Notes: generated by a model from the letters alone, not told the origin. DNA of 64,000 nt from Candidatus Zambryskibacteria bacterium RIFCSPLOWO2_02_FULL_51_21 (GCA_001824255.1 MHWQ01000002.1:57298-121297), one strand, 5' to 3'. Shown: positions 39,331 through 48,937, counted from the first letter of the stretch. A program made the numbers and translations.

Positions 39331-39361
39331 GGTAGTATAATCAAGAGCAGAGAGGTGTTAT

Positions 39362-39817
39362 ATGATACCCGAGCGAAGAAGGTACTTCGCGGCGGGCATC
39401 ATAGCTCGCCGCACCAAGAAAGGTTATCGTTTCCTGGTTCAAGTGTCCGAGGAAACGAAAGGCCCTACGGCGGGTAAGAAACAGTTGAAATTTCCCGGGG
39501 GGATGGATTCTCTGAAAGACAACGGCAATCCAGAGAAGACTCTCCGATCCGAGATTGAAGAGGAGACAGGTTATCGCATCAAAGATGAAGCGAGTCCTAT
39601 CCTGCTTTTCTCGGATAAGACAGGAGACATCGACAGATACTTCTATCTGATACATAAGGTGGATTGTGTTGGAGCCCGACGGAAGAAGCTCGTAAGAGAT
39701 GGTAGCACAATCCTTTACCCGCCGGTGTGGACCGACCTGGAATACATTCGCGGTCGTCTGCACCCGACTCACCTGCCTGCTCTTCGTTGCTTGCCGACTG
39801 GAGGCCTCGCGTCTTAG
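39362..39817 (+). CDS. NUDIX hydrolase (stand-alone)
   Basis: Nudix-box-like GGMDSLKDNGNPEKTLRSEIEEETGY. Confidence 0.6.
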   Translation: MIPERRRYFAAGIIARRTKKGYRFLVQVSEETKGPTAGKKQLKFPGGMDSLKDNGNPEKTLRSEIEEETGYRIKDEASPILLFSDKTGDIDRYFYLIHKVDCVGARRKKLVRDGSTILYPPVWTDLEYIRGRLHPTHLPALRCLPTGGLAS

Positions 39818-39863
39818 AACGTCGAGGCCTTTCCTTTTACAGAATTTATGCTAAATTAAGGCC

Positions 39864-40094
39864 ATGGTAGTCCGAATGAGACATACGCGGTCGCAGACAA
39901 ACAGCAGGCGTTCGCATCATAAGCTCACGAATCCCGCCCTGGCCAAGGACGGGCAGGGCAACGCATATTTGCGCCACAGAGTGTCTCCCGCTACCGGCGA
40001 TTATCGCGGCAGGAAAGTTATAGACCACAGCGCCCGTCTAGAGAAGAGGGCGAAGAAGGCCGCCGCGTCGCACGAGCACAGCCACGCTCATTAA
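39864..40094 (+). CDS. rpmF: 50S ribosomal protein L32
   Basis: RRSHHKLT...YRGRKVI. Confidence 0.75.
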   Translation: MVVRMRHTRSQTNSRRSHHKLTNPALAKDGQGNAYLRHRVSPATGDYRGRKVIDHSARLEKRAKKAAASHEHSHAH

Positions 40095-40112
40095 TTTCCA
40101 TTAACAGCTCTT

Positions 40113-41048
40113 TTGCTCTTTATGTCCCAAAGGCACCTATCAAGGTCCGTCGTTTTACAAACATTATTCGAATGGGATTTCGAACGCCGCAAAATCGAGG
40201 AAATCCGTTCCATTTTTGAGAAAAACATACAGGAATTCGCTCCGGGGTCGAACGACCGGCCCTTCATGGAGCGGCTTTTGAATCTTGTTCTAGACAAGAG
40301 AAATATTATCGACGATCTCATAACAAAGGCCGCTCCAGACTGGCCGCTTGAGAGAATAGCGCCGGTGGACAGGAATATTCTCAGGATCGGGCTGGCGGAA
40401 CTCCTTTTCGCTGACCGGAAAGAAGTTCCGCCCAAGGTCGCCATTAACGAGGCGATAGAGCTCGCCAAACAGTTCGGTGGCGAGACCTCCGGCCGGTTCG
40501 TCAACGGCGTGCTCGGCGCCGTGTACAAGGAGATGGGCGAGCCGGGCAAGAACGACCAGCCCAAACCGAGGAAAAAATACGGCAATGTGCCCCTGGACCA
40601 GCTGCCGGTAATAAATATGGCCGGGGCAGTGGTCTTCGCCAAACAGGATAAAGATATTTACATGGCCTGCGTGCATGACGTCTTCGGCCATTGGACTTTG
40701 CCGAAAGGAAAAATTGGCGACAATCCCTCGATAGCTAACGAAACAACAGAGGAGGGGCTGATTCGCGAAGTGCAGGAAGAGATCGGCGTTCCGGTAAAAG
40801 TCGTTGAAAAGCTGGGGGAAAATTCTTACTCAACCTTCCACCCGGAGCAGGGCAAGATTGTGAAGCATGTCACCTATTTTTTGGCGGAAGGACCCTTCAC
40901 CGAACTCACCCTCGAGAAGAAGGAGGAGAAGGGCGGGCTCGATGACGTGAGATGGTTCAAGTTGGCGGACATCCTTGACCTGAACTTTTATGATGATATT
41001 CTGCCTATCGTTACCAAGGCCATAACTAAGCTGGCCGAAAGCAAATAA
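40113..41048 (+). CDS. nusB: NusB-NUDIX fusion protein: N-terminal NusB antitermination domain fused to a C-terminal NUDIX hydrolase domain
   Basis: NusB-like residues 1-150 (ALELLF..., NGVLGAV). Canonical Nudix box GKIGDNPSIANETTEEGLIREVQEEIGV at residues 200-230. Confidence 0.65.
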   Translation: MLFMSQRHLSRSVVLQTLFEWDFERRKIEEIRSIFEKNIQEFAPGSNDRPFMERLLNLVLDKRNIIDDLITKAAPDWPLERIAPVDRNILRIGLAELLFADRKEVPPKVAINEAIELAKQFGGETSGRFVNGVLGAVYKEMGEPGKNDQPKPRKKYGNVPLDQLPVINMAGAVVFAKQDKDIYMACVHDVFGHWTLPKGKIGDNPSIANETTEEGLIREVQEEIGVPVKVVEKLGENSYSTFHPEQGKIVKHVTYFLAEGPFTELTLEKKEEKGGLDDVRWFKLADILDLNFYDDILPIVTKAITKLAESK

Positions 41049-41740
41049 TGGACTTTACCAAATTCGAAGAAACGGCGGGGGTGGCTTTCAAGAACAAAGC
41101 GCTTCTCAAACAGGCCTTCACCCACCGCTCATACATCAACGAAAACAAGGCCTCCGGCCTTGAACATAACGAGCGTCTGGAATTCCTGGGCGACGCGGTG
41201 CTTGAACTTGTCATTACCGACCACCTCTTCAATACCATGAAGGAGGCAAGTGAAGGCGAGATGACCTCGCTCCGCTCGGCCCTGGTAAACGCCGACACCT
41301 GCGCGCAGGTGGCGCAGGCTCTCGGCGTAAATGAATATCTTCTGCTCTCCAAAGGGGAACAGAAAGACGATACCGGCCGCGCCAGGGCTTATATTCTCGC
41401 CAACACTCTCGAGGCGCTTATCGGCGCGCTCTACGTAGACCAGGGCTATGAGGCGGCCAAGGACTTTATCATGAAGCACATTACGCCGATTCTCGAAGTC
41501 ATCGTGCGGGACGGCAAGTGGATTGACGCCAAATCTCTTTTCCAGGAGAAGGCACAGGAGCATCTCGGCGCGACTCCGGCGTATAAAACTATTCGCGAAT
41601 CAGGGCCAGACCATGACAAGCACTTCACTGTCGAAGTATCCGTCGGCCGGGAGGTGATGGGCGAAGGGGAAGGCAAGTCGAAACAGGACGCCGAGCAGGC
41701 AGCGGCCAAAAACGCCCTCGAAGCCAAGGGGTGGAAATAG
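41048..41740 (+). CDS. rnc: Ribonuclease III
   Basis: ERLEFLGDAVL catalytic signature and a C-terminal dsRBD. Confidence 0.9.
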   Translation: MDFTKFEETAGVAFKNKALLKQAFTHRSYINENKASGLEHNERLEFLGDAVLELVITDHLFNTMKEASEGEMTSLRSALVNADTCAQVAQALGVNEYLLLSKGEQKDDTGRARAYILANTLEALIGALYVDQGYEAAKDFIMKHITPILEVIVRDGKWIDAKSLFQEKAQEHLGATPAYKTIRESGPDHDKHFTVEVSVGREVMGEGEGKSKQDAEQAAAKNALEAKGWK

Positions 41741-41759
41741 GTCTGCTATAATATCGGGG

Positions 41760-43871
41760 ATGTATCTGAAATCGATTGAATTATCGGGCTTTAAGTCCTT
41801 CGCCAAGAAGAGCCATTTTTTGTTTAATACGCCGATTTCCTCCATTGTCGGTCCCAACGGCTCCGGCAAATCGAACGTCGCCGAGGCCTTCCGCTTCGTC
41901 TTGGGCGAGCAGTCTATCAAGAGTATGCGAGGCAAGAAGGGCGAGGACCTCATCTGGAACGGTTCGGGCGACTCGCCGCGCGCCAACCGGGCTTCCGTCA
42001 AGGTCGTTTTCGACAACTTGCGGAAAATGTTCGATATCGATTTCCCCGAAGTTTCCATAGAGCGGGTGGTGCACCGCGACGGGACGAACGAATATCTGGT
42101 GAACGGGAGTCAGGTGCGGCTCAAAGACGTCATCGAGCTTCTGGCCTCCGCCCACATCGGCAGCTCAGGCCACCACATCATTTCCCAGGGCGAGGCGGAT
42201 AAGGTGGTTTCCGCCAATCCGAGAGACCGCAAGGCCATGGTCGAGGACGCCCTGGGGCTGAAAATCTACCAGTACAAGCGCGCCGAGAGCGAGAGGAAGC
42301 TTGAGAAGACTTTCGAGAATATCGTTCAGGTCGAAGCTCTGAGGAAAGAGATTGCCCCCCACCTGAAGTTCCTGGAGAAGCAGGTCGAGAAGCTCGCCAA
42401 GACGGAGAGCTTGCGAGAAGATTTGATAAAGATTTCCCAGGAATATTTCAAACGCGAGGATTTCCACATTGCCGGGGCGAAGGCCGTACTCAAGGAAGAG
42501 AGAGGGCCGATAGACCGGGCGCTCGAGAAACTCTCCAAGGAATCGGCGGAGGCCAAGAAAGTCATCGAATTCGAATCGGGCTTGAGCGAAGCCAAGAAGA
42601 AGAGAGACGACCTCACCCGGGAACTCGGCAAACTCGATGGCCTGATTCTCGCCGAAGAAAGGGTAATCGAGACCGAGAAGAGGCTCTCCGCTTCCGACGA
42701 GCTCAAGACCGTGAGACTCAGAGAAATAGAGGAACTGTACCGGGAAATAAGTCTGTTTTCCGAAATCAGGCAGATTATCGAAAGACTTGGAAGCTTCATA
42801 AGCGAGAGGAAGCACCGCACGGATTCGAACCTCATTGCCGAGTCGGAAGCGAGAATTGCCGATTTTAAGAAAAAGAAGGTCGAACTCGAATCCGCGCTAA
42901 AAGCGGCCGCGGAAAAGGAGGAGAGCATCAATGAGGCGGAGAAAGCGGTTTTCAGGATAATGTCGGAAGAAAAAGATTTAATCTCGAGATTAAATCTTTT
43001 AAAATCCAGGGAAGAGAGAATCGGCCTCGAAGAAGCCGAGTTCAAGCGGACGCTTGAAGAAGTGGGGCATCTTGCCGGGACGGAGGCACTCCGATTCAAA
43101 GATTTCGCTCTGAGCGAAGAAGAGATGAAATCCGAACCTCGGGTAAAACAGGAGGAGCGCAAGAGGGTGCTGGAGAAGAACAAACTCCGCCTCGAGGATT
43201 CGAGTATGGCCGGCGGCGAAGAACTGAAGAAGGAGCATGCGGAAACTTCCGAGCGCGACGCATTTCTTGCCCGCGAGCTTCTCGACCTCGAGAAATCGGC
43301 GGAATCGCTCAAGGGTCTCATCAAGGATCTTGAAGAAAGACTGGCGACTGAGTTTGAAACCGGCGTCGAGAAAATCAATAAAGAATTCGACAAACTTTTC
43401 AATAAAATGTTCGGCGGCGGAGAAGCGCGTCTCGTTCTGGTGAAAGAATCCAAGAAGTCTCCCGCGTCTGAGTTGGATGACGAAACTTTTGAGCCTAGCG
43501 AAGCCGATGAAGCCGATGAGGGCCTTGAGATAAAAGTCAGTCTGCCGAAGAAGAAAATCCGCTCGCTCATGATGCTCTCAGGCGGAGAGAGGGCGCTTAC
43601 TTCCATCGCCTTAATATTCGCCATTTCCCAGGTCAATCCGCCGCCTTTCATCATCCTCGACGAGACGGACGCGGCGCTCGACGAAGCCAATTCAAAGAAA
43701 TATGGCGATTTGGTTGAGATGCTTTCCGAGAAATCCCAGCTGATTTTGATAACCCACAACCGCGAGACGATGTCCCGCGCGGGCGTCATTTACGGCGTTA
43801 CCATGGCCGGCAACGGCGTTTCAAAACTTCTTTCAATCTCCTTCGATGAAGCGGTGGAAGTAGCGAAATAA
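41760..43871 (+). CDS. smc: SMC-family chromosome partition ATPase, short (703 aa) with no recognisable hinge domain
   Basis: N-terminal head IVGPNGSGKSN. C-terminal LSGGERALTSIALIFA...ILDETDAALD. The coiled-coil middle is uninterrupted by a Gly-rich hinge. Confidence 0.7.
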   Translation: MYLKSIELSGFKSFAKKSHFLFNTPISSIVGPNGSGKSNVAEAFRFVLGEQSIKSMRGKKGEDLIWNGSGDSPRANRASVKVVFDNLRKMFDIDFPEVSIERVVHRDGTNEYLVNGSQVRLKDVIELLASAHIGSSGHHIISQGEADKVVSANPRDRKAMVEDALGLKIYQYKRAESERKLEKTFENIVQVEALRKEIAPHLKFLEKQVEKLAKTESLREDLIKISQEYFKREDFHIAGAKAVLKEERGPIDRALEKLSKESAEAKKVIEFESGLSEAKKKRDDLTRELGKLDGLILAEERVIETEKRLSASDELKTVRLREIEELYREISLFSEIRQIIERLGSFISERKHRTDSNLIAESEARIADFKKKKVELESALKAAAEKEESINEAEKAVFRIMSEEKDLISRLNLLKSREERIGLEEAEFKRTLEEVGHLAGTEALRFKDFALSEEEMKSEPRVKQEERKRVLEKNKLRLEDSSMAGGEELKKEHAETSERDAFLARELLDLEKSAESLKGLIKDLEERLATEFETGVEKINKEFDKLFNKMFGGGEARLVLVKESKKSPASELDDETFEPSEADEADEGLEIKVSLPKKKIRSLMMLSGGERALTSIALIFAISQVNPPPFIILDETDAALDEANSKKYGDLVEMLSEKSQLILITHNRETMSRAGVIYGVTMAGNGVSKLLSISFDEAVEVAK

Positions 43872-43906
43872 ATACAAAAGCCGCCGGCGCGAGTGCGCCG
43901 GCGGTC
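43869..43906. terminator. Bidirectional terminator hairpin
   Basis: CCGCCGGCGCGAGTGCGCCGGCGG, with a T-run on the minus strand (CTTTTGTATTT). Confidence 0.55.
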
Positions 43907-43924
43907 CACTGAATCGAGATTTGC

Positions 43925-44263
43925 TCAGGAGTTCTGTTCAGGTGCAGGTACCTTAATGATTCCTGCATTGTCGAGTGTTTCGTTGAGCGCCAGCTGAAGC
44001 ATTCGGGCCGCGTCCAGCGAAAGCTTGAGAACGGTTACCCGCATTCTCTTCTGTCGATACGCGCCTGCTAGCGGACGGATGATGCGCTCCTGGCCCATGT
44101 TTTCCAGTGTGATTCGTCGGCTGAAAATCAAGTCCACGAATCCTCCAGGAAGATTCTCTGGGTTTGTCGTAGGAGGACCTGCCTGAGCAGCGACAGATAT
44201 GCCGCGCCCTTTTTGCTTGGAGTAGCACCTTGTCCGCTCTGTCTTCTTTGTCACTTGGTACAT
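43925..44263 (-). CDS. Hypothetical protein (112 aa)
   Basis: GGGAG RBS 7 nt upstream of the ATG. A terminator follows. Confidence 0.45.
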   Translation of the reverse strand: MYQVTKKTERTRCYSKQKGRGISVAAQAGPPTTNPENLPGGFVDLIFSRRITLENMGQERIIRPLAGAYRQKRMRVTVLKLSLDAARMLQLALNETLDNAGIIKVPAPEQNS

Positions 44264-44310
44264 GTCTCTGCTCCCAGAAATAACCTCAAATTTCTGTTAG
44301 AACAATACCC

Positions 44311-46230
44311 TTAAACAAACATGAAGTCAAGAGTCTTTCTCTCCGTATCGGCGGTGATGAGTTTTACCCGGACCTGGTCGCCCAGAGAATATTTCTTACC
44401 GGTATTCTGGCCGATTATGGCGTAGAGTTTCTCGTTTAATTCATAAAAGTCGTCTTTCATATCGCGGAGCTTGACCATGCCCTCGGATTTGGTATTGACC
44501 TCTTCGACATAAATGCCCCATTCGGAAACGCCTGAGACGATAGCGTCGAATTCCTCGCCCACATGCTCATGCATGTACTCGACTTGCTTATACTTGATAG
44601 ACGCTCGTTCGGCCTCGGCCGCTTCCATCTCGCGTTCGGAGGCGTCATCTGAGAGCCGTTGATATTTGATAATCTCGTCCTGTTCTATCTGGCCCTTCTC
44701 TATGAATCGCTGGAGCAGGCGGTGGACCATGAGGTCCGGATAGCGGCGGATGGGGGAGGTGAAGTGGGTGTAATACTCGAAGGCGAGGCCGAAATGGCCG
44801 ATGTTGCTGGTTGAGTAGATGGCCTTGCTCATGGAGCGGATGGCGGCCGTCTTTATAAGCATTTCCGTTGGGCTTCCTTCGACCGACTTCAGCATGCGGG
44901 TAATGTCTTCGGCCGTGGTCTCGCCGTCTTTGTTCTTGAGCTCGAAGCCGAGCGCCTTGACGAAGGTGGCTAAGTTCACGATTTTCTCCCGGTCCGGCGC
45001 GTCGTGGATTCTATAGACGAATGCCGCCCTGTCGTTGCCTTTGTAGGCGGCATGCATATGCGTCGCCACTTCGCGATTGGCGAGAAGCATGAAGTCTTCC
45101 ACCAGCTTGTGCGTGTCCTTGCGCGCCTTCTTGTAGATTCTCACCGGGAAACCATTATCGTCGAGTTCGAATCTCACCTCCTCAGTTTCGAATTCGATGG
45201 CGCCTTTTCTGAACTTCTCTTCGCGGAGTTTGTAGGCGAGGTCGTTTAAAGCTTGGAGCTCTTCGTAATGAAGTCCCTTTTTATTATCCAAAATTTCCTG
45301 CGCTTCTTCGTAAGTAAATCTCTTATCGGACTCGATAAGCGTCTTGCCGAACCAGCGGTTCTTAACTTTGGCGTTCTTATCAAGCACGAAAACGGCAGAA
45401 AAGGCGTATTTGGGCTCTTTCGGATTGAGAGAACAAAGGTCGTTTGAAAGGATTTCCGGCAGCATCGGAATGGTGCGGTCCACGAGATAAATGGAAGTGC
45501 CGCGCTTCCTCGCTTCTTTGTCGAGCTCGGTTCTCTCCCGCACGAAGTGGGATACGTCGGCGATGTGGATGCCGATTTCATAGTCGCCATCGGGAAGTTT
45601 TTTGAAAGAAATGGCATCGTCGAAATCCTTGGCGTCGGCCGGATCAATGGTGAAGGTGAGAGTGTCGCGGAAATCTTTGCGGTCTTTGAGCTTGTCTTCC
45701 TTTTCAAACTTCTGCTTCCACGCCTCGGCCTCCTTCTCGACTTCGGGAGGGAAGTCCACTTCGAAACCGCTTTCAAGCACGATGCCAATCATCTCTGTAT
45801 TGTGTTCGCCGGCAACTCCGATGACGCGGATTACTTCGCCCACGGGACTCTTCGAGGGGTCCTGCCATTCGGCAATCCTTGCCTGGACTTTGTCGCCCTG
45901 CTTGGCATTCAAAGCTTGGCCCGCCGGGATGAAGATATCCCGGTACATCCTCTTGTCGTCCGGCACGACGAAAGAGCCGGTATTGTCCTTCTCGAAAATG
46001 CCGACGAATTCCATCTTGTGTCGCTCGACGATTTCCACCACCTTGGCCTGCTTCCTGCCCTTAAGCTCAGAGCCTGTAACCTCAATCTTCACCATATCGC
46101 GGTTAAGCGCGGTAAAGAGGTTCTCCGGCTGGACTTCAAAGTCGTCCGCTTCGGGGTCTTCGGGCGGCGTGAAATAGCCGACCCCTTTGCCGGTGACTCT
46201 TATTATTCCTTCTAGAATTTTATCTTTCAT
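44311..46230 (-). CDS. rnr: Ribonuclease R (RNB family exoribonuclease)
   Basis: Cold-shock/OB N-terminus, RNB domain (DFDDAISF) and a C-terminal S1 domain. Confidence 0.85.
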   Translation of the reverse strand: MKDKILEGIIRVTGKGVGYFTPPEDPEADDFEVQPENLFTALNRDMVKIEVTGSELKGRKQAKVVEIVERHKMEFVGIFEKDNTGSFVVPDDKRMYRDIFIPAGQALNAKQGDKVQARIAEWQDPSKSPVGEVIRVIGVAGEHNTEMIGIVLESGFEVDFPPEVEKEAEAWKQKFEKEDKLKDRKDFRDTLTFTIDPADAKDFDDAISFKKLPDGDYEIGIHIADVSHFVRERTELDKEARKRGTSIYLVDRTIPMLPEILSNDLCSLNPKEPKYAFSAVFVLDKNAKVKNRWFGKTLIESDKRFTYEEAQEILDNKKGLHYEELQALNDLAYKLREEKFRKGAIEFETEEVRFELDDNGFPVRIYKKARKDTHKLVEDFMLLANREVATHMHAAYKGNDRAAFVYRIHDAPDREKIVNLATFVKALGFELKNKDGETTAEDITRMLKSVEGSPTEMLIKTAAIRSMSKAIYSTSNIGHFGLAFEYYTHFTSPIRRYPDLMVHRLLQRFIEKGQIEQDEIIKYQRLSDDASEREMEAAEAERASIKYKQVEYMHEHVGEEFDAIVSGVSEWGIYVEEVNTKSEGMVKLRDMKDDFYELNEKLYAIIGQNTGKKYSLGDQVRVKLITADTERKTLDFMFV

Positions 46231-46263
46231 GAATTTCTAATATAGCAGATATAGATGGACTTG

Positions 46264-46345
46264 TGCCCGGGGTGGGCATCGAACCCACATCTCTTGCGAG
46301 ACACGATTTTAAGTCGTGCGCGTATACCGATTCCGCCACCCGGGC
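46264..46345 (-). tRNA. tRNA-Leu(TAA)
   Basis: Acceptor GCCCGGG/CCCGGGC, anticodon loop CTTAAAA, long variable arm, T-loop TTCGATG. Confidence 0.75.
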
Positions 46346-46349
46346 CCGG

Positions 46350-46421
46350 AGGCGTAGGGGGGAATTGAACCCCCGCATCGCGGTTTTGCAGACCGCTGCG
46401 TTACCACTTCGCCACTACGCC
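46350..46421 (-). tRNA. tRNA-Cys(GCA)
   Basis: Acceptor GGCGTAG/CTACGCC, anticodon loop CTGCAAA, T-loop TTCAATT, U73 discriminator. Confidence 0.7.
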
Positions 46422-46484
46422 AGCAAATTGGATTTTACCACAATTGATTAATCATTGCTTTTTTGAAATACTGTATTGCTGTAA

Positions 46485-46557
46485 GCGCCCTTAGCTCAGC
46501 TGGTAGAGCAGGTCCCTCTTAAGGACAAGGTCGAAGGTTCGATCCCTTCAGGGCGCA
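46485..46557 (+). tRNA. tRNA-Lys(CTT)
   Basis: Acceptor GCGCCCT/AGGGCGC, D-stem GCTC/GAGC, anticodon loop CTCTTAA, T-loop TTCGATC. Confidence 0.75.
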
Positions 46558-46661
46558 CAAGTGCGGGGCACTTGTGCGACGCGCAGGCTGCGTAGGCAGC
46601 CGAGCGGGGGTCGCGAGGCCGGCCTGCTGGCCGGAACTTGTGATCACAAGCTCCTCACTAC

Positions 46662-46742
46662 GGGCGGGTGGCGAAATGGCAGACGCGCCAGCTTTAGGAG
46701 CTGGTACCGCAAGGTGTGGAGGTTCAAGTCCTCTCCCGCCCA
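46662..46742 (+). tRNA. tRNA-Leu(TAG)
   Basis: Acceptor GGGCGGG/CCCGCCC, anticodon stem CCAGC/GCTGG, loop TTTAGGA, long variable arm. Confidence 0.7.
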
Positions 46743-46805
46743 CATTTGATTAAATTGCATCGCTGAAGTAGGGTATTTAAAGATGTATTCAAGAAGAGGT
46801 GTGAA

Positions 46806-46970
46806 ATGAAGATTGGATTGAAGAAGGTTGGGCGTTCAGTGGAAATCCTGCATCATTTCACCTGTCGTCATTGCGATAAATGGTGGACAGTCGGAGATGC
46901 CCCCAAGGGAAAAAAGAAGTGGTTTTGCCCCTGGTGCGGCAAGAAAAACTTCTATAGCAAAACCGGTTAA
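46806..46970 (+). CDS. Small zinc-ribbon protein (54 aa, CxxC...CxxC), not in the ORF track
   Basis: ATG preceded by a GAGGTG RBS. Translation MKIGLKKVGRSVEILHHFTCRHCDKWWTVGDAPKGKKKWFCPWCGKKNFYSKTG. Embedded in the tRNA cluster. Confidence 0.5.
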   Translation: MKIGLKKVGRSVEILHHFTCRHCDKWWTVGDAPKGKKKWFCPWCGKKNFYSKTG

Positions 46971-47041
46971 GAGGGTCATCCTGAGATTTCTCGGGGCGAC
47001 CCTCTTTATTAAATAAGGAGTTAAAGTAATATATTAAAACC

Positions 47042-47112
47042 GCGAGATTAGTTTAGTGGCAGAACTTCTGCTTCCCAAGCAGGTGGCGCCGGTCCGATTC
47101 CGGCATCTCGCA
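47042..47112 (+). tRNA. tRNA-Gly(CCC)
   Basis: Acceptor GCGAGAT/ATCTCGC, anticodon stem TCTGC/GCAGG, loop TTCCCAA. The T-loop is slightly atypical. Confidence 0.65.
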
Positions 47113-47430
47113 CTAGCTTAATTTGTCCAACCTTTGACGGTTCCGTTCTCCGTAGTCAATTTTGAAATTAACGTGCGGGATAACGCCGAGCCGGGACTCG
47201 TCGCGGATGTAGCGGTGAAATTCCGGAGTCTTCCTTTCCAGAAACTTCAGAGCCGTGTCCTCCTCTTCCTCCGGCAGTGTGGTGAAAAATATTTTCGCTT
47301 CTTTGCCCGTCTGGCTTAGCTCAACTCGCGTGATGGTGAGGAGAGAGGATTTCGATGCTTCATCTCGCACAAACTCAGCAGCTAATCTATGTAATATTTC
47401 TTCAGTTCTATTGTGTTTTACTTCTCTCAT
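47113..47430 (-). CDS. rbfA: Ribosome-binding factor A
   Basis: RbfA KH-like pattern (SLLTITRVELSQTGKEAKIFF). Downstream of infB. Confidence 0.8.
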   Translation of the reverse strand: MREVKHNRTEEILHRLAAEFVRDEASKSSLLTITRVELSQTGKEAKIFFTTLPEEEEDTALKFLERKTPEFHRYIRDESRLGVIPHVNFKIDYGERNRQRLDKLS

Positions 47431-47431
47431 C

Positions 47432-48898
47432 CTACTTCGTAACCAAGGTTACCGCTTCAAGCACGTCGCCCGGCGCTATCTCAAGCTTCGATTCTATAAG
47501 TCCGCCGAACTCCGTTCCCTCAAGCACTTCCGAAGTCTTGATTTTGGCTTGCTGGAGTTCGCGCACATGACCCTTGCCGACCTCAGTCTCGCGGCGGATG
47601 ATTCGCACGGATGTGCCGGCGCCAATCCTGCCTTCAAGCACTCGCGCGCCCAGAACCTGCTTGTCCTTGTCGGCGCTGAAAAGCTTCAAAACCTTGGCTT
47701 TGCCCGTTATTTCCTCAACCTCGATTCTCGGCTCCTTTTCTTCCAGAAGAATTTTCAATTTATCGGTAAGTTCATAAATAATATCGAAGAGGGCAATAGT
47801 GACTCCAGAGCGCTCCGCAAGCGCGGCCGCGGCCGAATCGGCCTTGGTATGGAAGCCGAGTATGAGCGTACCGGGAGTTGAGACAGCCGACTTCACATCG
47901 TGTTCGCTCACACTGCCTACTCCTGAGAGAATCACCTTGGGCACGATTCTCTCTCGCGAGAGTTTGGTAATCTGCGACTCGACCGCTTCAAGGCTTCCGG
48001 CCGTGTCGGCCTTGATAATTATTGGAAGCGCTATTACTCCTTCGATAATTTCTGCATTTCGGATTTCGGATTTCGTGCTCTGAGCTTCCGCCGCGTAGGC
48101 AAGTGCCTCTTCTTTCTTCAAAAATGTTTTGAACTCGCGGCCGGAAAGGGGAAGCGTTTCCCAGCCGATAATTTGAACGGGAGAAGAGAATGAGAGTTCC
48201 TCGACTTGCTCGCCTTCGGCATCAAGCAAATAGCGCAATGGCGCGAATGTTCCGGCGGATGCGGCAAACATGCCCTTGCGCACGGTGCCGTTTTTGATAA
48301 CAGCGACGGAGCTTATGCCGCGCTTGGGGTCGAGCTTGCTTTCGATAATGACGCCCTCGCCCGCCGCTTCCGGGTCAGCCTTGAGCCCGAGCACATCGGC
48401 CTGGAGGAGAATCATGTCGAGAAGCTCGTCCACGCCGTTACCGGTCTTGGCCGAGAGCGGCACGCAGGAGATGTCGCCGCCGTAGCCCTCGACGTAAATG
48501 CCGTTTTCCGCCAAGTTTTGCTTGGTGCGGTCGAGGTCGGCATTGGGCTTATCCATTTTGCTCACCGCGACGATGTATGGGATGGCCGCTTCCTGAATAT
48601 GTTTGTAAACTTCGAGCGTTTGCGGCTTAACTCCGTCTTCTCCGGAGACGACAAGCACCGCGATATCGGTAGCGTTGGCGCCTTTTGTGCGTACGCCGGC
48701 AAAGGCTTCGTGGCCGGGCGTGTCGAGGAAGGTGATTTTCCTCCCGTCGGCGCGCATGACCTCGTAAGCGCTGATATGCTGAGTGATACCGCCGGCTTCT
48801 TTCTCGACGATATTCGATTTCCTGATGAAATCAAGAAGCGTCGACTTGCCGTGGTCGATGTGGCCGAAAATGCCTACTACCGGAGGGCGTGGCTGCAT
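47432..48898 (-). CDS. infB: Translation initiation factor IF-2 (N-terminally minimal; G domain starts at residue 1)
   Basis: [13 protein letters not shown]1 motif and DTPGH, then IF2 domains II through C2. Confidence 0.9.
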   Translation of the reverse strand: MQPRPPVVGIFGHIDHGKSTLLDFIRKSNIVEKEAGGITQHISAYEVMRADGRKITFLDTPGHEAFAGVRTKGANATDIAVLVVSGEDGVKPQTLEVYKHIQEAAIPYIVAVSKMDKPNADLDRTKQNLAENGIYVEGYGGDISCVPLSAKTGNGVDELLDMILLQADVLGLKADPEAAGEGVIIESKLDPKRGISSVAVIKNGTVRKGMFAASAGTFAPLRYLLDAEGEQVEELSFSSPVQIIGWETLPLSGREFKTFLKKEEALAYAAEAQSTKSEIRNAEIIEGVIALPIIIKADTAGSLEAVESQITKLSRERIVPKVILSGVGSVSEHDVKSAVSTPGTLILGFHTKADSAAAALAERSGVTIALFDIIYELTDKLKILLEEKEPRIEVEEITGKAKVLKLFSADKDKQVLGARVLEGRIGAGTSVRIIRRETEVGKGHVRELQQAKIKTSEVLEGTEFGGLIESKLEIAPGDVLEAVTLVTK

Positions 48899-48937
48899 TG
48901 CTTTGCTAGATTAGCATAAAATCACTATGATTACCGC

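Noticed and set aside
46350-46421. Initial call of this tRNA as tRNA-Ala(TGC)
   Set aside because: Re-registering the anticodon loop (U33 fixed) gives GCA, which is Cys. C3:G70 (no G3:U70) and a U73 discriminator agree with Cys, not Ala.
46561-46749. 62-aa ORF spanning the tRNA-Lys/tRNA-Leu spacer
   Set aside because: It overlaps tRNA-Leu(TAG) and the structured spacer. It is GC-driven open frame.
46828-47016. 62-aa ORF in the tRNA cluster
   Set aside because: It overlaps, in another frame, a better-supported 54-aa Zn-ribbon ORF with an RBS, and it has no start context.
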